Shown one piece after another: positions 19,592 to 28,429 of a stretch of DNA of 53,943 bases; position 1 is the stretch's first letter; each line of letters starts with the position of its first letter. Made by a program: the position numbers and the translations under genes. This DNA is from Ilumatobacter sp. (lineage in GTDB: Bacteria; Actinomycetota; Acidimicrobiia; Acidimicrobiales; Ilumatobacteraceae), in NCBI GenBank assembly GCA_047610085.1, contig JBLFZD010000001.1:1-53943 (forward strand), read 5' to 3'. The notes beneath the pieces are model-generated. The model searched no databases, was not told the DNA's origin, and worked only from the letters and a program-made list of their open reading frames with translations.

Positions 19592-21046
19592 ATGGGTAAG
19601 CCAACAGGTTTTCTTGAATTTGGTCGCAATACGCCGGAACACCGGCCTGTTCCCGTCCGGTTGAGGGACTGGAAAGAGGTCTACGAACCGTTCCCGGCTG
19701 AGGAACTCAATCACCAGGCAGCGCGCTGCATGGACTGCGGGATTCCGTTCTGCAATAACGGGTGTCCACTCGGCAACCTCATTCCTGACTGGAATGACCT
19801 CGTCTACCGGGACCAATGGCAAGACGCGATCGAACGCTTGCATGCCACCAACAACTTCCCGGAATTCACGGGTCGGCTGTGCCCGGCGCCGTGTGAGTCG
19901 GCCTGCGTCCTTGCCATCAACGAGAACCCGGTCGCAATTAAGCAGATCGAAGTCGAAATCATCGATCGGGCATTTGCCGAAGGCTGGGTTGTTCCTCACG
20001 CCCCCTCGGTTCGTACCGGCAAGAAGATCGCCGTGATCGGTTCCGGTCCCGCTGGCCTTGCCGCTGCACAACAGTTGACGCGTGCTGGCCATGAAGTCGT
20101 CGTCCTCGAGCGCGCCGATCGAATCGGTGGTCTGCTCCGCTACGGCATTCCAGAGTTCAAGATGGAAAAGCGGCACATCGACCGCCGTCTCGAGCAAATG
20201 GAAGCCGAGGGCACAGAGTTCCGAATCAATGCTGGCGTTGGTGAAACGGTCGACATCGAAGTGCTCCGGGCATCGCACGATGCGGTCGTACTCGCATGCG
20301 GTGCAACGCAATGGCGTGACCTTCCAATCCCGGGCCGCGAACTCAACGGCATCCTCCAGGCAATGGAGTTTTTGCCGCCGTCGAACCGTGTACAGATGGG
20401 CGACATCGACAAATCGCCGATCGATGTGAAGGGCAAACACGTAGTGATCATCGGTGGCGGCGACACTGGCGCTGATTGTCTCGGTACCTCACACCGTCAG
20501 GGCGCTGCTTCGGTCACGCAGCTCGAGATCATGCCGATGCCGCCCGAAGAGCGCGCCAAAGTGGGCAACCCATGGCCGCAGTTTGCGATGGTTTATAAGG
20601 TCACGTCCGCTCACGAAGAGGGCGGTGAGCGAATGTACAGCGTCAACACCGAGCGGTTCCTCGACGACGGAAACGGCAACGTCAAAGCCCTTGCACTCCA
20701 CGAGGTTCAAATGATCGACGGAAAGTTCGTGAAGGTCGAAGGCAGTGACCAGGAAATTCCTGCTGACTTCGTCTTCCTGGCGATGGGTTTCCTCGGTCCC
20801 GAAAAGGGTTCGTGGCTCGACGAGATGGAACTCGAATACGACGCTCGGGGTAATGTCGCTCGTCGCGACGATTACATGACCAATCAGTCGGGAGTGTTTG
20901 TCGCCGGTGATATGGGCCGGGGCCAGAGTCTGATCGTGTGGGCCATCGCTGAGGGCCGCGCTGCAGCTGCTGGCGTTGACGAGTACCTGATGGGTGAGAC
21001 TCGCCTCCATGCCCCGATACTGCCCACCGCTCGCCCATTGATGTGA
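19592..21046 (+). CDS. gltD: Glutamate synthase small subunit
   Basis: RCMDCGIPFC..GCP, GRLCPAPCESAC, GSGPAG, GGGDTGADC, GDMGRGQSL. Confidence 0.97.
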   Translation: MGKPTGFLEFGRNTPEHRPVPVRLRDWKEVYEPFPAEELNHQAARCMDCGIPFCNNGCPLGNLIPDWNDLVYRDQWQDAIERLHATNNFPEFTGRLCPAPCESACVLAINENPVAIKQIEVEIIDRAFAEGWVVPHAPSVRTGKKIAVIGSGPAGLAAAQQLTRAGHEVVVLERADRIGGLLRYGIPEFKMEKRHIDRRLEQMEAEGTEFRINAGVGETVDIEVLRASHDAVVLACGATQWRDLPIPGRELNGILQAMEFLPPSNRVQMGDIDKSPIDVKGKHVVIIGGGDTGADCLGTSHRQGAASVTQLEIMPMPPEERAKVGNPWPQFAMVYKVTSAHEEGGERMYSVNTERFLDDGNGNVKALALHEVQMIDGKFVKVEGSDQEIPADFVFLAMGFLGPEKGSWLDEMELEYDARGNVARRDDYMTNQSGVFVAGDMGRGQSLIVWAIAEGRAAAAGVDEYLMGETRLHAPILPTARPLM

Positions 21047-21122
21047 GGCAGGTGACCAGAGTTCTTCTTGCTCAACTGTGGGTGACGCTGGCGGACTGCT
21101 CCAGCATCGTAAGATCACTCGT

Positions 21123-21743
21123 ATGAGCGTGAGGAAGTCGCATCGAATCTCAGCAGTGGTCGCACCACTCATTGTCGTGGGCTTCGTGCTCGGGGCCTGC
21201 GGTGGTGAGGGCTCCGAGGTCGAATCTCGGCCAACGGTGACGTTGTCCGAGGGTGAAACAATCTATGCGACCATCGCTCCGGCCACCACCACCACCACCT
21301 CCTCCACGATTGCGGGGTTGGAGGTCATTGTTAGCGCGGAGCAGGAGTACGTTGTGCAAGCTGGCGACTACGGCCTCAAAGTTTCCTCGCAGTTCGAGGT
21401 ATCGCTTGAAGACCTCGAGAGTGCAAACGGGTGGGCCGATGCCAGCAGCGAGTTCCCTGGCCCCGGCTCGGTCATCAAGATCCCGGCAGGCGGAACGAAC
21501 GGGGTCACTTCGAGTGCGGACGCTGCAGCAGTCGAAGGCGAAACAGGTACTGCCATCCCCGACCCTGGGAGCAATTGTGAAGCGGCGTCCCACACGGTTG
21601 TGGCGGGCGATATTCCCCTCAAGCTCACCGAGCTGTACTCCGTGTCGCTTGACGCGCTGAACGCGGCGAATGCCAACAACCCGGCGTACCAGCGCTTCAT
21701 TCCCGGCGAAAAGATCATCATCCCCGCCAAAGACGACTGCTGA
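21123..21743 (+). CDS. Lipoprotein with two LysM domains
   Basis: Lipobox LGAC; YVVQAGD...ANG...IKIP and HTVVAGD...AAN...IIIP; Thr-rich linker. Confidence 0.85.
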   Translation: MSVRKSHRISAVVAPLIVVGFVLGACGGEGSEVESRPTVTLSEGETIYATIAPATTTTTSSTIAGLEVIVSAEQEYVVQAGDYGLKVSSQFEVSLEDLESANGWADASSEFPGPGSVIKIPAGGTNGVTSSADAAAVEGETGTAIPDPGSNCEAASHTVVAGDIPLKLTELYSVSLDALNAANANNPAYQRFIPGEKIIIPAKDDC

Positions 21744-21750
21744 CGTCCGG

Positions 21751-21787
21751 CATTATTTGTCCGACAACGGGTGTCTGACACGCAATG
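21751..21787. terminator. Possible bidirectional terminator hairpin between convergent genes
   Basis: TGTCCGACA-ACGGG-TGTCTGACA stem with one mismatch, flanked by CATT/AATG; no U-tract. Confidence 0.35.
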
Positions 21788-22474
21788 TCAGAGTTGGTCG
21801 AAGACGAAGTTGATCTGCTTCACGGTTTCCATTGGCAGGCTCGGCATTGCCGAGTACTTATGTCCGGGATACAGGATCGTGTCGTCAGGGACCTTCGCGA
21901 GGCGTCGGAGGCTGTCGCCCATCTGAGCCGGATTTGAACCGGGCAGGTCGGTGCGTCCGCAGCCTTCGAGGAACAATGTGTCGCCAGCGATGAGGCGACC
22001 GTCGACAAGGAAACACTGGCTTCCAGGCGTGTGGCCTGGAGTGTGCAGCATCGTGATGTCGATGGCTCCGACCGACAGCACATCGCCTGAGTTGTGCATG
22101 ACGAGATGTTCCTCGCCGATGCCGGTTGTTTTGCACACCCACTCGCATTCGTCAGTGTGGATATGGATCGGGCAGTCGACGCGATCCAACAACGTGGCGA
22201 TTCCTTCGATGTCGTGACCCATCATCGAACCACCGACATGGTCCGGGTGATAGTGCGTTGCTAAGACCCCGGTGACGCGCATGTGGTCGGCCTCGATGAC
22301 GTCGAGGATGTCGTTGACGGCATATGCCGGATCGACCAAGACACACTCACCGGTGTCTCGGTCACCAATGGCGTAAACGAAGTTCACCATCTGCTGCGCA
22401 AGCTGGTCGTCGGCGGCGAAATCCTTTCCGGAGAGCAGTTGGCGGAAGTAGAGGCGATCGTTGTTCTCTGACAC
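21788..22474 (-). CDS. MBL-fold metallo-hydrolase (glyoxalase II-like)
   Basis: THYHPDHVGG, HTPGHTPG, GDTLF, YPGH; start placed at GTG 22474. Confidence 0.9.
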   Translation of the reverse strand: MSENNDRLYFRQLLSGKDFAADDQLAQQMVNFVYAIGDRDTGECVLVDPAYAVNDILDVIEADHMRVTGVLATHYHPDHVGGSMMGHDIEGIATLLDRVDCPIHIHTDECEWVCKTTGIGEEHLVMHNSGDVLSVGAIDITMLHTPGHTPGSQCFLVDGRLIAGDTLFLEGCGRTDLPGSNPAQMGDSLRRLAKVPDDTILYPGHKYSAMPSLPMETVKQINFVFDQL

Positions 22475-22498
22475 GCCCTCCAGCGTACGCTGCACGCA
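22475..22498. promoter_or_regulatory. Bidirectional leaderless-type promoter with a palindromic -10
   Basis: AGCGTACGCT (22482-22491) reads TACGCT on both strands, each 7 nt from a start codon (22474 -, 22499 +). Confidence 0.65.
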
Positions 22499-23629
22499 AT
22501 GGCAGAAGAGATCCGGTACGGGGTCATCGGTACAGGAATGATGGGCGTTGAGCACATCTCGAACATCCTGGCCCTCGACAACTGTGCGGTCACCGCTGTC
22601 GCGGATCCCCATCCAGCGTCGCTCGACTGGGCTCAGGTCGCCGTTGGCCTCGATACGCCGTTGGCCAAGTTCACCAACACCGAGGAACTCATCGGATCAG
22701 GCCTGTGCGATGCGCTGGTTGTCGCCTCACCGAACTTCACGCACCACGAGGTGCTGCTGCCCGCAATCGAGTCGGGGCTCCACCTGTTGGTCGAGAAGCC
22801 GCTGTGCACGACGTTGGCCGACTGCCGAGAGGTGCTGGATCTTGCAGGAAAGCGGCACGCGGACACGGGCGAACATCAGGTGATCTGGATGGGGCTCGAA
22901 TATCGCTACATGCCGCCGGTGCAGCGTGTGATGGCGGAGATCAAGGCCGGCGTGGTTGGCGACGTCAAGATGGTCGCCATTCGTGAGCACCGATTCCCGT
23001 TCCTCGTGAAAGTTGGGAACTGGAACCGCTTCAGCAAAAACTCGGGTGGAACGCTCGTTGAGAAGTGCTGCCATTTCTTCGATTTGATGATGCAGGCCAC
23101 GCAAAGTCGACCCGTTCGGGTAGTGGCGTCGGGTGCCCAGGACGTGAACCATCTCGATGAGGTCTATGACGGAGAGCGGTCGGACATCCTCGACAATGCG
23201 TATGTGATAGTCGAGTTTGAAAATGGCAGCCGCGGGATGCTCGATCTGTGCATGTTTGCCGAGGCGAGCAAGAATGAACGGGAGATCAGCGTGGTCGGTC
23301 ACCGAGGCAAACTCGAAGCGCTCGACACCGAGAGCGTGGTGCGCATCGGGCGGCGAACCGACGACATCGTGAGCGGCATCAACGTCGTGGTCGAGGAGCA
23401 AATCACCGACGCACGGATCAAACATCAGGGCCTTCACCATGGAGCGAGCTACCTGGAACATGTCGATTTCGCCGAGGCGATCAGGTCGGGTCGCCCCGCC
23501 AGCGTGACGTTGCTCGACGGTCTCTGGTCCGCGGCGGTCGGGTTCGCCGCACATCGCTCGCTTGATACTGGGCTCCCCGTCCTCATTGACGACCTGCCCG
23601 AGATGCAGGGATTGGAATTCACACCATGA
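22499..23629 (+). CDS. Gfo/Idh/MocA family oxidoreductase
   Basis: GVIGTGMMG, VASPNFTH, VEKP, GGTLVEKCCHFFDL. Confidence 0.92.
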   Translation: MAEEIRYGVIGTGMMGVEHISNILALDNCAVTAVADPHPASLDWAQVAVGLDTPLAKFTNTEELIGSGLCDALVVASPNFTHHEVLLPAIESGLHLLVEKPLCTTLADCREVLDLAGKRHADTGEHQVIWMGLEYRYMPPVQRVMAEIKAGVVGDVKMVAIREHRFPFLVKVGNWNRFSKNSGGTLVEKCCHFFDLMMQATQSRPVRVVASGAQDVNHLDEVYDGERSDILDNAYVIVEFENGSRGMLDLCMFAEASKNEREISVVGHRGKLEALDTESVVRIGRRTDDIVSGINVVVEEQITDARIKHQGLHHGASYLEHVDFAEAIRSGRPASVTLLDGLWSAAVGFAAHRSLDTGLPVLIDDLPEMQGLEFTP

Positions 23630-25128
23630 GTCAGCAGTTGACGTTTCTCGTCGCAGGCCAGCAGGTTCTCTACGGCGGCGATCGTGTCACGGCGGTGCCG
23701 AGCGAACTGGCAGACGCCTTTGTCGCTGGTGATCGTCTCGTTGTGGTGCAGACCGATGGAGCGCTGCTTCACATTCCTGCCGCAGAGCACGCCATCGTCG
23801 ATGACGCTGTGGCGAAAGCTTCAGCCGGGTTTACTGAACTCGCACAGGTACCCGACGAAGCGATTCGTTTGTTCTTTGATCGCTTCGCCGTGTTGCTCGA
23901 ATCGGATGCGACATTCGAGCCGATCCAAGCTGCCAACGCCAGCGACATCGAGGCCGCTCGAGCCAAGGGTCGATCAACGACCCGACTCGAACTGAGTGCA
24001 CGAATGCGTTCCGACATGATCAGCGGCCTGCGAGGTTGGCGCGATACTGACGGTGGGAGAGACGCTGGGCTCTTCACTGTGGATCACGAGGGCTGGTCTG
24101 TTGAAGCGCGTCGGGCCCCGCTCGGTGTCGTGGGATTCGTGTTCGAGGGTCGCCCGAATGTTTTTGCTGACGCCTGTGGTGTTTTGCGGAGCGGTAACGC
24201 CGTGGTCTTTCGCATCGGATCTGATGCGCTCGGTACCGCTCGCGCAATCGTGACCCATGCGCTCCAACCAGCGCTCATCGGCGCCGGCCTTCCGGCGGGT
24301 GCGGTGCAGCTCGTTGACTCACCGAGCCGGAGCGCCGGGCACGCGCTCTTCAGTGATGGCCGCCTCGCCCTCGCTGTGGCCCGTGGGTCAGGAGCTGCGG
24401 TGGCCCAACTTGGTGCGGTCGCTTCCCAAGCGGGCGTTCCGGTCAGCCTGCATGGCACCGGTGGCGCTTGGATCGTGGCGGGGGAGTCCGCCGCTGCCGA
24501 TGATGTTCGAGCCGCGGTGACCCATTCGCTCGACCGCAAGGTGTGCAACACGTTGAATTGCGCTGTGGTGCTTCGTAGACGGGTCGGCGACATCGTTCCC
24601 GCGATACTCGAGGGCCTGGCCACAGCATCGACGGCGCGGTCGGCCGCTGGCCGTCTCCACGTGATCGAAGGTAGCGAGCAGTACGTGCCCGATGCGATGT
24701 TTGACACGGTGGTCAGCATTGATCGGGCCGAGGGTGCGGTCGACGAACCGATGGCGAGCCTCCTCGGCGAGGATGGGCTTGCGACGGAGTGGGAGTGGGA
24801 GAATTCTCCAGAGATGACCCTGCTGGTCGTCGACACCATTGCCGAGGCGGCTGCGTTGTTCAATGCGTACAGTCCGCATTTCGTGGCCTCGATGATCAGT
24901 GATGACGCTGGCGAGCACGACGAGTTGTGGGCGTCGGTTGATGCGCCGTTCGTCGGAAACGGATTCACACGTTGGGTCGACGGGCAGTACGCCCTCGATA
25001 AGCCCGAACTCGGATTGTCGAACTGGGAAGGTGGCCGCATGCTCGGGCGTGGCGGCATTCTTTCGGGTGACAGTGTCCACACTGTGCGTTATCGCGCCAC
25101 CGTCACCGATTCCTCAACACATCGCTGA
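23626..25128 (+). CDS. Divergent gamma-glutamyl phosphate reductase (ProA)-like aldehyde dehydrogenase
   Basis: PLGVVGFVFEGRPNV, SGNAVVFR, ARGSG, HGTGG, catalytic KVCNTLN, GNGFTRWVDG; ATGA overlap with the upstream gene. Confidence 0.8.
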   Translation: MSQQLTFLVAGQQVLYGGDRVTAVPSELADAFVAGDRLVVVQTDGALLHIPAAEHAIVDDAVAKASAGFTELAQVPDEAIRLFFDRFAVLLESDATFEPIQAANASDIEAARAKGRSTTRLELSARMRSDMISGLRGWRDTDGGRDAGLFTVDHEGWSVEARRAPLGVVGFVFEGRPNVFADACGVLRSGNAVVFRIGSDALGTARAIVTHALQPALIGAGLPAGAVQLVDSPSRSAGHALFSDGRLALAVARGSGAAVAQLGAVASQAGVPVSLHGTGGAWIVAGESAAADDVRAAVTHSLDRKVCNTLNCAVVLRRRVGDIVPAILEGLATASTARSAAGRLHVIEGSEQYVPDAMFDTVVSIDRAEGAVDEPMASLLGEDGLATEWEWENSPEMTLLVVDTIAEAAALFNAYSPHFVASMISDDAGEHDELWASVDAPFVGNGFTRWVDGQYALDKPELGLSNWEGGRMLGRGGILSGDSVHTVRYRATVTDSSTHR

Positions 25129-25136
25129 CCAACGAG

Positions 25137-26669
25137 ATGACGCGGCGGAGCGGGGCAGCACTTGCAGTAATGGCACTGTTCGTCGCTGCATGTTCATCCG
25201 GATCGGATGCCGATGAGGGAGCGGCACCGAACGACGCGGAGACCTTGGCGACCACTCGTCCGTTCACGGCGCCCACAATCGCCGCCACATCAACAACTAC
25301 GACAACATCAACCACGACGATCCCCAGCGTGATGCGTGAACCGAGTTTGTCGTCGGGTGATGTATTGCTCCCCGAGTTGGGCTCATCGGATCTCGATGTG
25401 GATTCGTACGACGTTCGCCTCGAGGTCAGCGGCGATGCATCCGATGTGACGGGTACCGCCACGATTATTGTGAACGTCAATCCAGAGGTCTCAACGTTGG
25501 CCCTCGATGCCAACGGGTTGGACATCGCCGCAGTGAGCGTCGACGGCGATGCCGCACCGTTTCGCCATGAGGATCCCGAGTTGCTGATCAACCTCCCCGC
25601 TGAGGGCGTTGGGCCGTTCGAGGTTGAAGTTGCGTATTCGTTTGTGGCCGTGGGTGGACGCTCCGTCGTCGGCCTGCCGATCGGTTGGCAGCAGCGTGAG
25701 GGCTCGTCGTACGTGCTCAACGAGCCTGACGGAGCGAGCACGTGGTTGCCGTCGAATGACCATCCGTCGGACAAGGCGACGTGGCGTTTCGATGTCTCGG
25801 TACCACCGGGGCTCGCCGCGATAGCGAACGGAGCGCTTGAACGCGATGGGGACATCGATGGACGTTGGGTCTGGTCGCAAAACGAGCCCATGTCGACCTA
25901 CCTCGTGCAGATGATCGTCGGGGAGTACGAGATTCTCGACGCTGAGCCATTCGAGAGCAGTGACGGCTCGGTCATTCCAATTGTTCATGTCGTGCCACGC
26001 ATCGACGTCGGCCTCGGACCAGCGCTGGATTCGGTCGGCGACCAGATGGCATTTTTTGAGGACCGGTTCGGGCCGTATCCCCTCGATCGTTACGGCATCG
26101 CAGCGGTGTACGGCCTCGGCAACCTGGCGATGGAACAGCAGGGACGATCATTGTTCGGTGTCAACGACATTGCCGCCGAGGCGAACGGTGAGCTTGGCTT
26201 CTTTGCTGAATTGCTGCTCTCTCATGAGTTGGCACACCAGTGGTTTGGCAATGCGGTGAGCCCGGCAACCTGGACTGACATTTGGCTGAACGAGAGCTTC
26301 GCCACCTACGCCAACTGGTTGTGGCTCGACCAGGTCGGTCTGCAGCCTTTGGACGCCTTTGCTGCAGCGATGCTCGGTCAGCGTCAGTCAGGAATTTCGT
26401 CGACCGGCGAGCCGCGCGCCGACAACATGTTTGGGTTCGTTCGATACGACGGCGGTGCGGTCGTGGTGCACGCCCTCCGTCAAACACTGGGCGATGAAGC
26501 GTTCTTTGACGTGCTGAGTACCTGGATATCGGAGAACACGGGGACCTCACAGACGACAGCCAGGTTCATGGAGCTGTCCGAACGGGTACACGGCGAGAAC
26601 CTTGACGAATTCTTTGACTCGTGGCTGTTCGCATCGGCGTTGCCCGACTCGTACCCTCAAGGCCAGTGA
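25137..26669 (+). CDS. M1 family metallo-aminopeptidase, lipoprotein
   Basis: Lipobox VAAC; LAMEQ (GAMEN variant); HELAH-X18-E (WLNESFA); RYDGG. Confidence 0.9.
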   Translation: MTRRSGAALAVMALFVAACSSGSDADEGAAPNDAETLATTRPFTAPTIAATSTTTTTSTTTIPSVMREPSLSSGDVLLPELGSSDLDVDSYDVRLEVSGDASDVTGTATIIVNVNPEVSTLALDANGLDIAAVSVDGDAAPFRHEDPELLINLPAEGVGPFEVEVAYSFVAVGGRSVVGLPIGWQQREGSSYVLNEPDGASTWLPSNDHPSDKATWRFDVSVPPGLAAIANGALERDGDIDGRWVWSQNEPMSTYLVQMIVGEYEILDAEPFESSDGSVIPIVHVVPRIDVGLGPALDSVGDQMAFFEDRFGPYPLDRYGIAAVYGLGNLAMEQQGRSLFGVNDIAAEANGELGFFAELLLSHELAHQWFGNAVSPATWTDIWLNESFATYANWLWLDQVGLQPLDAFAAAMLGQRQSGISSTGEPRADNMFGFVRYDGGAVVVHALRQTLGDEAFFDVLSTWISENTGTSQTTARFMELSERVHGENLDEFFDSWLFASALPDSYPQGQ

Positions 26670-27643
26670 CGGAATTGCCGATATCGCCACCGACCTCGCC
26701 ACCGACCTCGCCACCGACTGCTTCGGGTCCGTGGGGTCCACCAACGTCTCCGATGGGGATGCTTGCCGGTCGCGACGCCGGGATGCCGCGGTTCGCTGGG
26801 CCGCGTGAGCCACACCCGACGCTTCCTCTCGCAGCGGGCATCGGAGCGATCATCGTTCTCGTCGGGTCACTGCTGACCTCAAAGCTCGTCCTCGATCAGA
26901 TCGTCGACTTCGGGTGGCCGGTCGTCCTGTATGTCGCTCTGCTCGGGGCGATCGGGTACGGCCCTTCGGTCGCTTGGTGGTGGTTTTCGATGGGCCGTTG
27001 GGGGAGTGGCGGTGGAGCGGGAAATCGACTTCGTTCGGCCGGAGTTTCGCCCCGATGGAGTGATCTCAGATGGGGACCGGTCATTTGGATCGCGACGATT
27101 CTGGTGCAGGTGGCGATTACCGCGATCGTCCTCCTTCTCGACGTCCCGATAGCGAGTAACGCCGACGACCTGACCGAGATCCAGACCGACCGGACCTACA
27201 CGATTGCGATCGTGGTGACCGCTGTGGTCGCTGCACCGCTGGTTGAGGAACTCGTCTTTCGTGGTGTCGTACTGCGGAGTTTCCTGTCAAAAATGCCGGT
27301 GGTCGCTGCGGTCATGCTCCAAGGTGTGTTGTTTGGAGTCGCGCACGTCGACCCTGTCCGAGGCGCCGGCAACGTCGGGCTGGCGCTTGTGCTCTCTTCG
27401 GTGGGTATCTCGTTTGGTGCAGCGGCCTATTGGCTGCGTCGGGTCGGCCCGACGATGGTGGCCCATGCCATCTTCAACGGTGTTGTGATGATCCTGCTCC
27501 TCACCGGGATTCGCGATCGTCTCCTCGAAAACGATCCTGACCCGTTTGGCCAAGGTCGGTCAGTTGCCGAAGAGGTCGCGGTTGTCAATCAACCGCACGT
27601 CGCCGAACCATACGGCAGTGGCGATTCGAACCGCCCCCGCTGA
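26666..27643 (+). CDS. CPBP (CAAX/Abi) family intramembrane glutamic endopeptidase
   Basis: EELVFRG, FGVAH, AHAIFN and multiple TM segments; GTGA overlap with the M1 gene. Confidence 0.88.
   Translation: MTELPISPPTSPPTSPPTASGPWGPPTSPMGMLAGRDAGMPRFAGPREPHPTLPLAAGIGAIIVLVGSLLTSKLVLDQIVDFGWPVVLYVALLGAIGYGPSVAWWWFSMGRWGSGGGAGNRLRSAGVSPRWSDLRWGPVIWIATILVQVAITAIVLLLDVPIASNADDLTEIQTDRTYTIAIVVTAVVAAPLVEELVFRGVVLRSFLSKMPVVAAVMLQGVLFGVAHVDPVRGAGNVGLALVLSSVGISFGAAAYWLRRVGPTMVAHAIFNGVVMILLLTGIRDRLLENDPDPFGQGRSVAEEVAVVNQPHVAEPYGSGDSNRPR
26684..26719 (+). repeat. In-frame 12-bp tandem repeat encoding SPPT x3
   Basis: TCGCCACCGACC, TCGCCACCGACC, TCGCCACCGACT. Confidence 0.9.
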
Positions 27644-28429
27644 TCGTTCGGCGGCCCCGAAATCATCGACCTCGGTCAAGGTGACCGCATCGAAAATCGT
27701 CGTGTACTCATGGTGTGCGTGTGGCTCACTCTCCACCACCGACAACGCTGCCTGAAGAACGTCGGCGAGCGAGGCGTTCGGTGCCGTCGCTGCGGCGACT
27801 GCTGCGTCGAGTGAGCGGGGGATGCAGATCGCGGCGGCGCGCTGGTGGGCATCAAGACGCACGTTACGGCTCGACTGGGCGAGGCCATCTGGATCGCGGA
27901 CAATCGGATGCCCGATGATCTCGATACCCGTATCGAGATCTGATGCCATCTGCGCGATGATCGCCAACTGCTGAAAGTCCTTCTGGCCGAAGATCGCAAC
28001 GTTGGGGCGAACTGCTCCAAACAGCTTTGCGACCACGGTGGCGACTCCCTCGAAGTGGCCAGGCCGCATCGGCCCTTCCATGAGGTCGGCAAGGGCACCT
28101 GGGACAACGCGGGTCTGGTAGCGGTCGGGGTACATGGCTGCTGCGGTGGGCGCGTAGACAACCGCAACGCCGGCCTGTTGACACGCTGCTACATCGTCGT
28201 CGATCGGCCGCGGGTAGCTGTTGAAGTCGGCATCCTCGTTGAACTGAAGTGGGTTGACAAAAATCGAGACCACGACATCGCTGCAACGTTCGGCTGCGTT
28301 ACCAACGAGCGCGAGGTGGCCGGTGTGGAGCGCTCCCATTGTTGGAACAAAGCCGATCGTGCGGCCGCCTCGGTGCTGCTGAGCCGACCAGGCACGCATC
28401 TCCGAGGGTGTCGTGATCGTGAGCATCAA
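27560..28429 (-). CDS. panC: Pantoate--beta-alanine ligase
   Basis: VPTMGALHTGH, SIFVNPLQF, RPGHFEGV, FGQKDFQQ, DGLAQSSRN, RLIDN. Confidence 0.97.
   Translation of the reverse strand: MMLTITTPSEMRAWSAQQHRGGRTIGFVPTMGALHTGHLALVGNAAERCSDVVVSIFVNPLQFNEDADFNSYPRPIDDDVAACQQAGVAVVYAPTAAAMYPDRYQTRVVPGALADLMEGPMRPGHFEGVATVVAKLFGAVRPNVAIFGQKDFQQLAIIAQMASDLDTGIEIIGHPIVRDPDGLAQSSRNVRLDAHQRAAAICIPRSLDAAVAAATAPNASLADVLQAALSVVESEPHAHHEYTTIFDAVTLTEVDDFGAAERSAGAVRIATAVWFGDVRLIDNRDLFGN

Noticed and set aside
19403-20440. Long antisense ORFs (this one; also 7254-8234, 8434-9330, 24084-25082, 30386-31534, 45288-46352, 48687-49625)
   Set aside because: Shadow ORFs opposite well-supported genes, expected from high-GC codon bias; no independent motifs
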